Shown here: positions 1 through 11,326 of the stretch, piece by piece | How the letters are laid out: each line of letters begins with the position of its first letter | Position numbering within the stretch: the first letter of the stretch is position 1 | Origin: a virus | Taxonomy: Duplodnaviria; Heunggongvirae; Uroviricota; Caudoviricetes | Direction: 5' to 3' (one strand) | IMG/VR virus record: IMGVR_UViG_2734482551_000002 | DNA length: 19,900 bases | Position numbers and translations under genes: made by a program | The notes under the pieces: model-generated | What the model was told of the DNA's origin: nothing | The model's database searches: none | What the model saw: the letters and a program-made list of their open reading frames with translations, nothing else

Positions 1-257
1 GGTTATCGCTCGCCACGGGAATATCTGCGGCAGCGGGCTTGTAATGGGTTAAGTGATAACAGATGTCTGGAAATATAGGGGCAAATCCAATCGTCGCCGT
101 ATTCCCGTATTAACAGAGACCGTAGCCCGACGGGGAACTCCTTCTGCGCGAGTGTGCGGGAATAATCAAAAACGATGCACACCGGGGTTACCGGGTACAC
201 ATATTTCATCATGCCAGCGAGTCCGGTTCTGGCACGGAAGAAACCGGACGTTATGAT

Positions 258-668
258 TTAGTGCGGAAATATTTGTGTAGTGTTCTGTATGTTCTCAGTA
301 AAGAGTAATGAATTATCAAAGGTATAGTAATACCTTTTGTTTTCGTGGATATTTGTAATCCATCTGAAAACCCCTGCTGTAGCAAGATTTTTCCTGTATT
401 CGTAAAATGATAACTCTCCTGATTTGAATCCTTTTAAGGTGGCTTCTATAAGGCATTTATTTTTTGAAAATCTTACATTTACAACCTTACCCTGTCCTTT
501 TATTAAAACCGTATTATCGTTTTCAAGAACAAGATGAATATTCTCTGTGGCTAAATAGTAAATGTAATGTGAGACATTGTGACGTTTTAGTTCAGAATAA
601 AACCAGTGATAGTTTAAATTATTTCGCACTTTATCGAATATTTGTTTAAAAATGGCAACCTGAGCCAT
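258..668 (-). CDS. DUF1398-family protein (YbcV/YdfO-like; homolog of the lambda right-end ORF next to bor)
   Basis: Minus-strand ORF with stop at 258-260. The ORF track starts it at 683 ([12 protein letters not shown]...), but the second in-frame ATG at 668 has a GGAAGG Shine-Dalgarno-like motif 7 nt upstream and gives a 136-aa product ([18 protein letters not shown]...[24 protein letters not shown]). This closely resembles my recollection of the lambda/DLP12/Qin DUF1398 proteins. The gene is markedly AT-rich compared with the flanking phage genes. Confidence 0.6.
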   Translation of the reverse strand: MAQVAIFKQIFDKVRNNLNYHWFYSELKRHNVSHYIYYLATENIHLVLENDNTVLIKGQGKVVNVRFSKNKCLIEATLKGFKSGELSFYEYRKNLATAGVFRWITNIHENKRYYYTFDNSLLFTENIQNTTQIFPH

Positions 669-725
669 TGTAGTACCTTCCATGTGATATGAGGGGGCGT
701 AGTCTGCACGATTATCTAAATTGCT

Positions 726-959
726 TCAATCTGGTCTAACCTGTTTTCTGAGCAATTCAGTAATGTCACTCTTTTCTTTGTTTGCTTCAGGCGAAACTCT
801 TTTTTCTGAGCACAGTCTCCGGCGGCAGGCTTCAATGACCCAGGCTGAGAAATTCCCGGACCCTTTTTGAACAAGAGCGATGTTAATTTGTTCAATCATT
901 TGGTTAGGAAAGCGGATGTTGCGGGTTGTTGTTCTGCGGGTTCTGTTCTTCGTTGACAT
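726..959 (-). CDS. Small basic protein with Arc/MetJ-like ribbon-helix-helix signature (resembles the lambda right-end small ORF / YlcI-type DUF3950 proteins)
   Basis: 77-aa minus-strand ORF starting at ATG 957-959 with AGGG 8 nt upstream. The N-terminus (MSTKNRTRRTTTRNIRFPNQMIEQINIALVQKGSGNFSAWVIEACRRRL) is near-identical to my recollection of the small ORF just inside the lambda right end. The pattern basic tail, beta-strand (RNIRFP), helix (NQMIEQINIAL), turn (GSGNFS), helix (AWVIEACRRRL) fits a ribbon-helix-helix fold. The C-terminal 25 aa differ from the lambda version. Confidence 0.55.
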   Translation of the reverse strand: MSTKNRTRRTTTRNIRFPNQMIEQINIALVQKGSGNFSAWVIEACRRRLCSEKRVSPEANKEKSDITELLRKQVRPD

Positions 960-1126
960 GAGGTTGCCCTGTATTCAGTGTCGCTGATTTGTATTGTCTG
1001 AAGTTGTTTTTACGTTAAGTTGATGCAGATCAATTAATACGATACCTGCGTCATAATTGATTATTTGACGTGGTTTGATGGCGTAGATGCACGTTGTGAC
1101 ATGTAGATGATAATTATTATCATTTT

Positions 1127-1184
1127 GCGGGTCCTTTCCGGCGATCCGACAGGTTACGGGGCGGAAGGCGCGCGGGTTTTCGCT
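1127..1184 (+). other. cosQ/cosN region of the cos packaging site; cosN carries a non-lambda right half
   Basis: GGGTCCTTTCCGGCGATCCGACAGGTTACG followed by GGGCGGAAGGCG (1159-1170) and then CGCGGGTTTTCGCTATTTATG. The flanks match lambda on both sides, but the 12-nt cohesive-end position reads GGGCGGAAGGCG where lambda has GGGCGGCGACCT, as I remember it. Confidence 0.7.
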
Positions 1185-1204
1185 ATTTATGACAATTTTC
1201 CGGT

Positions 1205-1323
1205 TTAAGGCGTTTCCGTTCTTCTTCGCCGTAACCTAATGTTTTTATTTAAAACACCCCCTGAAAAGAAAGGAAACGACAGGTGCTGAAAACGGGCTTT
1301 TTGGCCTCTGTCGTTTCCTTTCT
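1205..1323 (+). promoter_or_regulatory. cosB: gpNu1 binding sites R3 (1211-1226), R2 (1267-1282, inverted) and R1 (1308-1323), with an AT-rich IHF-site-like segment (about 1231-1260) between R3 and R2
   Basis: Three copies of the CGTTTCC(T/G)TTCT-type element in the lambda arrangement. R2 (AGAAAGGAAACGACAG) is the reverse complement of R1 (CTGTCGTTTCCTTTCT). The block sits immediately upstream of nu1. Confidence 0.8.
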
Positions 1324-1347
1324 CTGTTTTTGTCCGTGGAATGAACA

Positions 1348-1867
1348 ATGGAAGTCAACAAAAAGCAGCTGGCTGACATTTTCGGTGCGAGTATCCGTAC
1401 CATTCAGAACTGGCAGGAACAGGGAATGCCCGTTCTGCGAGGCGGTGGCAAGGGTAATGAGGTGCTTTATGACTCTGCCGCCGTTATAAGATGGTATGCC
1501 GAAAGGGATGCTGAAATTGAGAACGAAAAGCTGCGCCGGGAAGTTGAAGAACTGCGGCAGGCCAGCGAGACAGATCTCCAGCCAGGGACTATTGAGTACG
1601 AACGCCATCGACTTACGCGTGCGCAGGCCGACGCACAGGAGCTGAAAAATGCCAGAGACTCCGCTGAAGTGGTGGAAACCGCATTCTGTACTTTCGTGCT
1701 GTCGCGGATCGCAGGTGAAATTGCCAGTATTCTCGACGGGATCCCCCTGTCGGTGCAGCGGCGTTTTCCGGAACTGGAAAACCGACATGTTGATTTCCTG
1801 AAACGGGATATCATCAAAGCCATGAACAAAGCAGCCGCGCTGGATGAACTGATACCGGGGTTGCTGA

Positions 1868-1893
<26 letters not shown>
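1348..1893 (+). CDS. nu1: Terminase small subunit Nu1
   Basis: 181-aa ORF MEVNKKQLADIFGASIRTIQNWQEQGMPVLRGGGKGNEVLYDSAAV..., essentially identical to lambda gpNu1, with an N-terminal winged helix-turn-helix. Same length as lambda nu1 and located directly after cosB. Confidence 0.97.
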
Positions 1894-5574
<3,681 letters not shown>

Positions 5575-5594
<20 letters not shown>

Positions 5595-6930
5595 TCTCCC
5601 GCATATTGCCAGCATGGCTTTTAATGAGCCGCTGATGCTTGAACCCGCCTATGCGCGGGTTTTCTTTTGTGCGCTTGCAGGCCAGCTTGGGATCAGCTGC
5701 CTGACGGATGCAGTATCCGGCGACAGCCTGACTGCCGGAGAGGCACCCGCGGCGCTGGCGTTATCCGGTGATGATGACGGACCACGACAGGCCCGCAGTT
5801 ATCAGGTAATGAACGGCATCGCCGTGCTGCCGGTGTCCGGCACGCTGGTCAGCCGGACGCGGGCGCTGCAGCCGTACTCGGGGATGACCGGTTACAACGG
5901 CATTATCGCCCGTCTGCAACAGGCTGCCAGCGACCCGATGGTGGACGGCATTCTGCTCGATATGGACACACCGGGCGGAATGGTGGCGGGAGCATTTGAC
6001 TGCGCTGACATCATCGCCCGTGTGCGTGACATAAAGCCGGTATGGGCGCTGGCCAATGACATGAACTGCAGCGCAGGTCAGCTGCTTGCCAGTGCCGCCT
6101 CCCGGCGTCTGGTCACGCAGACCGCCCGGACAGGCTCCATCGGCGTCATGATGGCTCACAGTAATTACGGCGCTGCACTGGAGAAACAGGGCGTGGAAAT
6201 CACGCTGATTTACAGCGGCAGCCATAAGGTGGATGGCAACCCCTACAGCCATCTACCGGATGATGTCCGGGAAACATTGCAGTCCCGGATGGATGCAACC
6301 CGCCGGATGTTTGCACAGAAGGTGTCGGCATATACCGGCCTGTCCGTGCAGGCTGTGCTGGATACCGAGGCTGCAGTGTACAGCGGTCAGGAGGCCATTG
6401 ATGCCGGACTGGCTGATGAACTTGTTAACAGTACCGATGCGNNNNNNNNNNNNNNNNNNNNNNNNNNNNNNNNNNNNNNNNNNNNNNNNNNNNNNNNNNN
6501 NNNNNNNNNNNNNNNNNNNNNNNNNNNNNNNNNNNNNNNNNNNNNNNNNNNNNNNNNNNNNNNNNNNNNNNNNNNNNNNNNNNNNNNNNNNNNNNNNNNN
6601 NNNNNNNNNNNNNNNNNNNNNNNNNNNNNNNNNNNNNNNNNNNNNNNNNNNNNNNNNNNNNNNNNNNNNNNNNNNNNNNNNNNNNNNNNNNNNNNNNNNN
6701 NNNNNNNNNNNNNNNNNNCTCACGGACGCGAAGAACAGGCACGCGTGCTGGCCGAAACCCCCGGTATGACCGTGGAAACGGCCCGCCGTATTCTGGCCGC
6801 AGCACCACAGAGTGCACAGACGCGCAGTGACACTGCGCTGGATCGTCTGATGCAGGGGGCACCGGCACCGCTGGCTGCAGGTAACCCGGCATCTGATGCC
6901 GTTAACGATTTGCTGAACACACCAGTGTAA
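5575..6930 (+). CDS. C: Prohead protease / minor capsid protein C (S49-type), interrupted by a masked N block at 6442-6718
   Basis: Starts at GTG 5575, overlapping the B 3' end as in lambda. The product VTAELRNLPHIASMAFNEPLMLEPAYARVFFCALAGQLGIS... matches lambda gpC. The frame continues through the N run and resumes with HGREEQARVLAETPGMTVETARRILAAAPQSAQTRSDTALDRLMQGAPAPLAAGNPASDAVNDLLNTPV, the lambda C/Nu3 C-terminus. The gene is about 36 nt longer than I remember lambda C to be, if the N-run length is real. Confidence 0.9.
6289..6930 (+). CDS. nu3: Scaffolding protein Nu3 (in-frame internal start within C), partly masked
   Basis: In-frame ATG at 6289 (MDATRRMFAQKVSAYTGLSVQAVLDTEAAVYSGQEAIDAGLADELVNSTDA...) at the position equivalent to lambda nu3, sharing the C stop. 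The central part is hidden by the N block. Confidence 0.8.
   Translation: MDATRRMFAQKVSAYTGLSVQAVLDTEAAVYSGQEAIDAGLADELVNSTDAXXXXXXXXXXXXXXXXXXXXXXXXXXXXXXXXXXXXXXXXXXXXXXXXXXXXXXXXXXXXXXXXXXXXXXXXXXXXXXXXXXXXXXXXXXXXXHGREEQARVLAETPGMTVETARRILAAAPQSAQTRSDTALDRLMQGAPAPLAAGNPASDAVNDLLNTPV
6442..6718. other. Masked block (277 N) inside C/nu3
   Basis: Continuous run of N. Flanking sequence is in frame with C on both sides. Confidence 0.99.
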
Positions 6931-6939
6931 GGGATGTTT

Positions 6940-7272
6940 ATGACGAGCAAAGAAACCTTTACCCATTACCAGCCGCTGGGCAATAGTGACCCGGCTCATA
7001 CCGCAACCGCGCCCGGCGGATTGAGTGCGAAAGCGCCTGCAATGACCCCGCTGATGCTGGACACCTCCACCCGTAAGCTGGTTGCGTGGGATGGCACCAC
7101 CGACGGTGCTGCCGTTGGCATTCTTGCGGTTGCTGCTGACCAGACCAGCACCACACTGACGTTCTACAAGTCCGGCACGTTCCGTTATGAGGATGTGCTC
7201 TGGCCGGAGGCTGCCAGCGACGAGACGAAAAAACGGACCGTGTTTGCCGGAACGGCAATCAGCATCGTTTAA
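6940..7272 (+). CDS. D: Head decoration protein D
   Basis: 110-aa product [110 protein letters not shown], near-identical to lambda gpD. I chose ATG 6940 (AAGGGA 6 nt upstream) over the track start at 6934. Confidence 0.96.
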   Translation: MTSKETFTHYQPLGNSDPAHTATAPGGLSAKAPAMTPLMLDTSTRKLVAWDGTTDGAAVGILAVAADQTSTTLTFYKSGTFRYEDVLWPEAASDETKKRTVFAGTAISIV

Positions 7273-7292
7273 CTTTACCCTTCATCACTAAA

Positions 7293-7314
7293 GGCCGCCT
7301 GTGTGGCTTTTTTT
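7293..7314 (+). terminator. D-E intergenic hairpin followed by a T7 run (terminator-like or RNA-stability element)
   Basis: GGCCGCCTGTGTGGC (5-bp stem with one G-U pair) followed by TTTTTTT at 7308-7314, directly between the D stop and the E start. A similar hairpin exists at this position in lambda. Weak as an intrinsic terminator. Confidence 0.4.
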
Positions 7315-7327
7315 ACGGGATTTTTTT

Positions 7328-8353
7328 ATGTCGATGTACACAACCGCCCAGCTGCTGGCGGCAAATGAGCAGAAATTTAAGTTTGATCCGCTGTTTCTGC
7401 GTCTCTTTTTCCGTGAGAGCTATCCCTTCACTACGGAGAAAGTCTATCTCTCACAAATTCCGGGACTGGTAAACATGGCGCTGTACGTTTCGCCGATTGT
7501 TTCCGGTGAGGTTATCCGTTCCCGTGGCGGCTCCACCTCTGAATTTACGCCGGGATATGTCAAACCCAAGCATGAGGTGAATCCGCAGATGACCCTGCGT
7601 CGCCTGCCGGATGAAGATCCGCAGAATCTGGCGGACCCGGCTTACCGCCGCCGTCGCATCATCATGCAGAACATGCGTGACGAAGAGCTGGCCATTGCTC
7701 AGGTCGAAGAGATGCAGGCAGTTTCTGCCGTGCTCAAGGGCAAATACACCATGACCGGTGAAGCCTTCGATCCGGTTGAGGTGGATATGGGCCGCAGTGC
7801 GGCGAACAACATCACACAGTCCGGCGTCACGGAGTGGAGCAAGCGTGACAAGTCCACGTATGACCCGACCGACGATATCGAAGCCTACGCGCTGAACGCC
7901 AGCGGTGTGGTGAATATCATCGTGTTTGACCCGAAAGGCTGGGCGCTGTTCCGTTCCTTCAAAGCCGTCAAGGAGAAGCTGGATACCCGTCGCGGCTCTC
8001 ATTCCGAGCTGGAGACAGCGGTAAAAGACCTGGGCAAAGCGGTGTCCTATAAGGGAATGTATGGCGATGTGGCCATCGTCGTGTATTCCGGACAGTACGT
8101 GGAAAACGGCGTCAAAAAGAACTTCCTGCCGGACAACACGATGGTGCTGGGGAACACTCAGGCTCGCGGTCTGCGCACCTATGGCTGCATTCAGGATGCG
8201 GACGCACAGCGCGAAGGCATTAACGCTTCTGCCCGTTACCCGAAAAACTGGGTGACCACCGGCGATCCGGCGCGTGAGTTCACCATGATTCAGTCAGCAC
8301 CGCTGATGCTGCTGGCTGATCCTGATGAGTTCGTGTCCGTTCAACTGGCGTAA
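7328..8353 (+). CDS. E: Major capsid protein E
   Basis: 341-aa product from ATG 7328 (MSMYTTAQLLAANEQKFKFDPLFLRLFFRESYPFTTEKVYLSQIPGLVNMALYV...EFVSVQLA), near-identical to lambda gpE. The track start at 7301 is an upstream in-frame extension not used in lambda. Confidence 0.97.
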   Translation: MSMYTTAQLLAANEQKFKFDPLFLRLFFRESYPFTTEKVYLSQIPGLVNMALYVSPIVSGEVIRSRGGSTSEFTPGYVKPKHEVNPQMTLRRLPDEDPQNLADPAYRRRRIIMQNMRDEELAIAQVEEMQAVSAVLKGKYTMTGEAFDPVEVDMGRSAANNITQSGVTEWSKRDKSTYDPTDDIEAYALNASGVVNIIVFDPKGWALFRSFKAVKEKLDTRRGSHSELETAVKDLGKAVSYKGMYGDVAIVVYSGQYVENGVKKNFLPDNTMVLGNTQARGLRTYGCIQDADAQREGINASARYPKNWVTTGDPAREFTMIQSAPLMLLADPDEFVSVQLA

Positions 8354-8355
8354 TC

Positions 8356-8382
8356 ATGGCCCTTCGGGGCCATTTTCTCTCT
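8356..8382 (+). other. E-FI intergenic perfect hairpin with TTCG loop
   Basis: ATGGCCC TTCG GGGCCAT (7-bp perfect stem, TTCG tetraloop-like loop) at 8356-8373, followed by TTTCTCTCT, between the E stop and the FI start. Confidence 0.45.
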
Positions 8383-8394
8383 GTGGAGGAGTTC

Positions 8395-8793
8395 ATGACG
8401 AAAGATGAACTGATTGCCCGTCTTCAGGAGCTGGGTGAGCAATTGAACCGCGATGTCAGTTTGACGGGAACGAAAGAAGAACTGGCGCTTCGTGTGGCAG
8501 AGCTGGAAGAAGAGCTTGATGACACGGATGAAACTGCCGGTCAGGACACCCCTCTCAGCCGGGAAAATGTGCTGACCGGGCATGAAAATGAGGTGGTATC
8601 AGCGCAGCCGGATACCGTGATTCAGGATACGGCTGAACTGGTCACGGTCGTGGCACTGGTGACGCTGCATACTGATGCACTTCACGCCACGCGGGATAAA
8701 CCTGTGGCATTTGTGCTGCCGGGAACGGCGTTTCGTGTCTCTGCCGGTGTGGCAGCCGAAATGACAGAGCGCGGCCTGGCCAGAATGCAATAA
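8395..8793 (+). CDS. FI: DNA packaging protein FI
   Basis: 132-aa product from ATG 8395 (MTKDELIARLQELGEQLNRDVSLTGTKEELALRVAELEEELDDTDETAGQDTPLSRENVLTGHENEV...ERGLARMQ) matching lambda gpFI. The track start at 8356 lies inside the E-FI intergenic hairpin. Confidence 0.95.
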   Translation: MTKDELIARLQELGEQLNRDVSLTGTKEELALRVAELEEELDDTDETAGQDTPLSRENVLTGHENEVVSAQPDTVIQDTAELVTVVALVTLHTDALHATRDKPVAFVLPGTAFRVSAGVAAEMTERGLARMQ

Positions 8794-8804
8794 CGGGAGG
8801 CGCT

Positions 8805-9158
8805 GTGGCTGATTTCGATAACCTGTTCGATGCTGCCATTGCCCGCGCCGATGAAACGATACGCGGGTACATGGGAACGTCAGCCACCATGACATCCGGT
8901 GAGCAGTCAGGTGCGGTGATACGTGGTGTTTTTGATGACCCTGAAAATATCAGCTATGCCGGACAGGGCGTGCGCGTTGAAGGCTCCAGCCCGTCCCTGT
9001 TTGTCCGGACTGATGAGGTGCGGCAGCTGCGGCGTGGAGACACGCTGACCATCGGTGAGGAAAATTTCTGGGTAGATCGGGTTTCGCCGGATGATGGCGG
9101 AAGTTGTCATCTCTGGCTTGGACGGGGCGTACCGCCTGCCGTTAACCGTCGCCGCTGA
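8805..9158 (+). CDS. FII: Head-tail connector (head completion) protein FII
   Basis: 117-aa ORF from GTG 8805 (MADFDNLFDAAIARADETIRGYMGTSATMTSGEQSGAVIRGVFDDPENISYAGQGVRVEGSSPSLFVRTDEVRQLRRGDTLTIGEENFWVDRVSPDDGGSCHLWLGRGVPPAVNRRR) matching lambda gpFII. Confidence 0.95.
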   Translation: MADFDNLFDAAIARADETIRGYMGTSATMTSGEQSGAVIRGVFDDPENISYAGQGVRVEGSSPSLFVRTDEVRQLRRGDTLTIGEENFWVDRVSPDDGGSCHLWLGRGVPPAVNRRR

Positions 9159-9169
9159 AAGGGGGATGT

Positions 9170-9748
9170 ATGGCCATAAAAGGTCTTGAGCAGGCCGTTG
9201 AAAACCTCAGCCGTATCAGCAAAACGGCGGTGCCCGGTGCCGCCGCAATGGCCATTAACCGCGTTGCTTCATCCGCGATATCGCAGTCTGCGTCACAGGT
9301 TGCCCGTGAGACAAAGGTACGCCGGAAACTGGTAAAGGAAAGGGCCAGGCTGAAAAGGGCCACGGTCAAAAATCCGCAGGCCAGAATCAAAGTTAACCGG
9401 GGGGATTTGCCCGTAATCAAGCTGGGTAATGCGCGGGTTGTCCTGTCCCGCCGCAGGCGTCATAAAAAGGGGCAGCGTTCATCCCTGAAAGGTGGCGGCA
9501 GCGTGCTTGTGGTGGGTAACCGTCGTATTCCCGGCGCGTTTATTCAGCAACTGAAAAACGGCCGGTGGCATGTTATGCAGCGTGTGGCCGGGAAAAACCG
9601 TTACCCCATTGATGTGGTGAAAATCCCGATGGCGGTGCCGCTGACCACGGCGTTTAAACAGAATATTGAACGGATACGGCGTGAACGTCTTCCGAAAGAG
9701 CTGGGCTATGCGCTGCAGCATCAACTGAGAATGGTAATAAAGCGATGA
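9170..9748 (+). CDS. Z: Tail completion protein Z
   Basis: 192-aa ORF MAIKGLEQAVENLSRISKTAVPGAAAMAINRVASSAISQSASQVARETKVRRKLVKERARLK... matching lambda gpZ. Confidence 0.95.
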   Translation: MAIKGLEQAVENLSRISKTAVPGAAAMAINRVASSAISQSASQVARETKVRRKLVKERARLKRATVKNPQARIKVNRGDLPVIKLGNARVVLSRRRRHKKGQRSSLKGGGSVLVVGNRRIPGAFIQQLKNGRWHVMQRVAGKNRYPIDVVKIPMAVPLTTAFKQNIERIRRERLPKELGYALQHQLRMVIKR

Positions 9749-10140
9749 AACATACTGAACTCCGTGCAGCCGTACTGGATGCACTGGAGAAGCATGACAC
9801 CGGGGCGACGCTTTTTGATGGTCGCCCCGCTGTTTTTGATGAGGAAGATTTTCCGGCAATTGCCGTTTATCTCACCGGCGCTGAATACACGGGCGAAGAG
9901 CTGGACAGCGATACCTGGCAGGCGGAGCTGCATATTGAAGTTTTCCTGCCTGCTCAGGTGCCGGATTCAGAGCTGGATTCGTGGATGGAGTCCCGGATTT
10001 ATCCTGTGATGAGCGATATCCCGGCACTGTCAGATTTGATCACCAGTATGGTGGCCAGCGGCTATGACTACCGGCGCGACGATGATGCGGGCCTGTGGAG
10101 TTCAGCCGATCTGACTTATGTCATTATCTATGAAATGTGA
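9745..10140 (+). CDS. U: Tail tube terminator protein U
   Basis: 131-aa [74 protein letters not shown]... matching lambda gpU. ATGA overlap with the Z stop. Confidence 0.96.
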   Translation: MKHTELRAAVLDALEKHDTGATLFDGRPAVFDEEDFPAIAVYLTGAEYTGEELDSDTWQAELHIEVFLPAQVPDSELDSWMESRIYPVMSDIPALSDLITSMVASGYDYRRDDDAGLWSSADLTYVIIYEM

Positions 10141-10147
10141 GGACGCT

Positions 10148-10888
10148 ATGCCTGTACCAAATCCTACAATGCCGGTGAAAGGTGCCGGGACCACCCTGTG
10201 GGTTTATAAGGGGAGCGGTGACCCTTATGCGAACCCGCTTTCAGACGTTGACTGGTCGCGTCTGGCAAAAGTTAAAGACCTGACGCCCGGCGAACTGACC
10301 GCTGAGTCCTATGACGACAGCTATCTCGATGATGAAGATGCAGACTGGACTGCGACCGGGCAGGGGCAGAAATCTGCCGGAGATACCAGCTTCACGCTGG
10401 CGTGGATGCCCGGAGAGCAGGGGCAGCAGGCGCTGCTGGCGTGGTTTAATGAAGGTGATACCCGTGCCTATAAAATCCGCTTCCCGAACGGCACGGTCGA
10501 TGTGTTCCGTGGCTGGGTCAGCAGTATCGGTAAGGCGGTGACGGCGAAGGAGGTGATTACCCGCACGGTGAAGGTCACCAATGTGGGACGTCCGTCGATG
10601 GCAGAAGATCGCAGCACGGTGACGGCGACGACCGGCATGACGGTGACACCCGCCAGTGCTTCCGTAGTGAAAGGGCAGAGCACCACGCTGACCGTGGCAT
10701 TCCAGCCGGATGGCGCAACCGACAAGAGCTTCCGTGCGGTGTCTGCGGATAAAACAAAAGCCACCGTGTCGGTCAGTGGTATGACCATCACCGTGAAAGG
10801 TGTTGCTGCAGGCAAGGTCAACATTCCGGTCGTATCTGGTAATGGTGAGTTTGCTGCGGTTGCAGAAATCAACGTCACCGCCAGTTAA
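10148..10888 (+). CDS. V: Major tail tube protein V (with C-terminal Ig-like Big_2 domain)
   Basis: 246-aa product from ATG 10148 ([73 protein letters not shown]...), near-identical to lambda gpV. The C-terminal approximately 90 aa ([31 protein letters not shown]...NVTAS) form the Ig-like decoration domain. The track start at 10118 is an upstream extension. Confidence 0.96.
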   Translation: MPVPNPTMPVKGAGTTLWVYKGSGDPYANPLSDVDWSRLAKVKDLTPGELTAESYDDSYLDDEDADWTATGQGQKSAGDTSFTLAWMPGEQGQQALLAWFNEGDTRAYKIRFPNGTVDVFRGWVSSIGKAVTAKEVITRTVKVTNVGRPSMAEDRSTVTATTGMTVTPASASVVKGQSTTLTVAFQPDGATDKSFRAVSADKTKATVSVSGMTITVKGVAAGKVNIPVVSGNGEFAAVAEINVTAS

Positions 10889-10903
10889 TCCGGAGAGTCA
10901 GCG

Positions 10904-11326
10904 ATGTTCCTGAAAACCGAATCATTTGAACATAACGGTGTGACCGTCACGCTTTCTGAACTGTCAGCCCTGCAGCGTATTGAGCATCTCGACCTGATGA
11001 AACGGCAGGCAGAACAGGCGGAGTCAGACAGCAACCGGAAGTTTACTGTGGAAGACGCCATCAGAACCGGCGCTTTTGTGGTTGCGATGTCCCTGTGGCA
11101 TAACCATCCGAAGAAGACGCAGATGCCGTCCATGAATGAAGCCGTTAAACAGATTGAGCAGGAAGTGCTTACCACCTGGCCCACAGAGGCAATTTCTCAT
11201 GCTGAAAACGTGGTGTACCGGCTGTCCGGTATGTATGAGTTTGTGGTGAATGATGCTCCTGAACAGGCAGAGGACGCCGGGCCTGCAGAGCCTGTTTCTG
11301 CGGGAAAGTGTTCGACGGTGAGCTGA
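10904..11326 (+). CDS. G: Tail assembly chaperone G
   Basis: 140-aa ORF MFLKTESFEHNGVTVTLSELSALQRIEHLDLMKRQAEQAESDSNRKFTVEDAIRTG...PVSAGKCSTVS matching lambda gpG. It ends just after the slippery heptamer. Confidence 0.96.
   Translation: MFLKTESFEHNGVTVTLSELSALQRIEHLDLMKRQAEQAESDSNRKFTVEDAIRTGAFVVAMSLWHNHPKKTQMPSMNEAVKQIEQEVLTTWPTEAISHAENVVYRLSGMYEFVVNDAPEQAEDAGPAEPVSAGKCSTVS
11302..11308 (+). promoter_or_regulatory. Programmed -1 ribosomal frameshift slippery sequence G GGA AAG (G to G-T)
   Basis: GGGAAAG at 11302-11308, with GGA and AAG as in-frame G codons (codon starts 11303 and 11306). The -1 frame continues as GKVFDGELSF... into T. This is identical to the lambda G/GT frameshift site. 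Confidence 0.9.

Noticed and set aside
3-256. Overlapping small ORFs 3-212 (minus, 69 aa) and 53-256 (plus, 67 aa)
   Set aside because: They overlap each other on opposite strands in a region that aligns with a lambda non-coding interval. The products are Arg/Cys-rich and low-complexity, with no Shine-Dalgarno support noted. More likely a regulatory region than coding.
960-1126. Possible promoter or operator for the RHH-like gene, including near-palindromic AT-rich stretches (for example GATAATTATTATC)
   Set aside because: No convincing -35/-10 pair at proper spacing could be identified by eye and the palindromes are imperfect. This region also overlaps cosQ-proximal sequence conserved in lambda.
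7301-8793. Track-proposed longer starts for E (7301), FI (8356), V (10118) and D (6934)
   Set aside because: The lambda-equivalent internal ATG or GTG starts (7328, 8395, 10148, 6940) have better Shine-Dalgarno spacing and give products of the known lengths. The 8356 start would also sit inside the intergenic hairpin.
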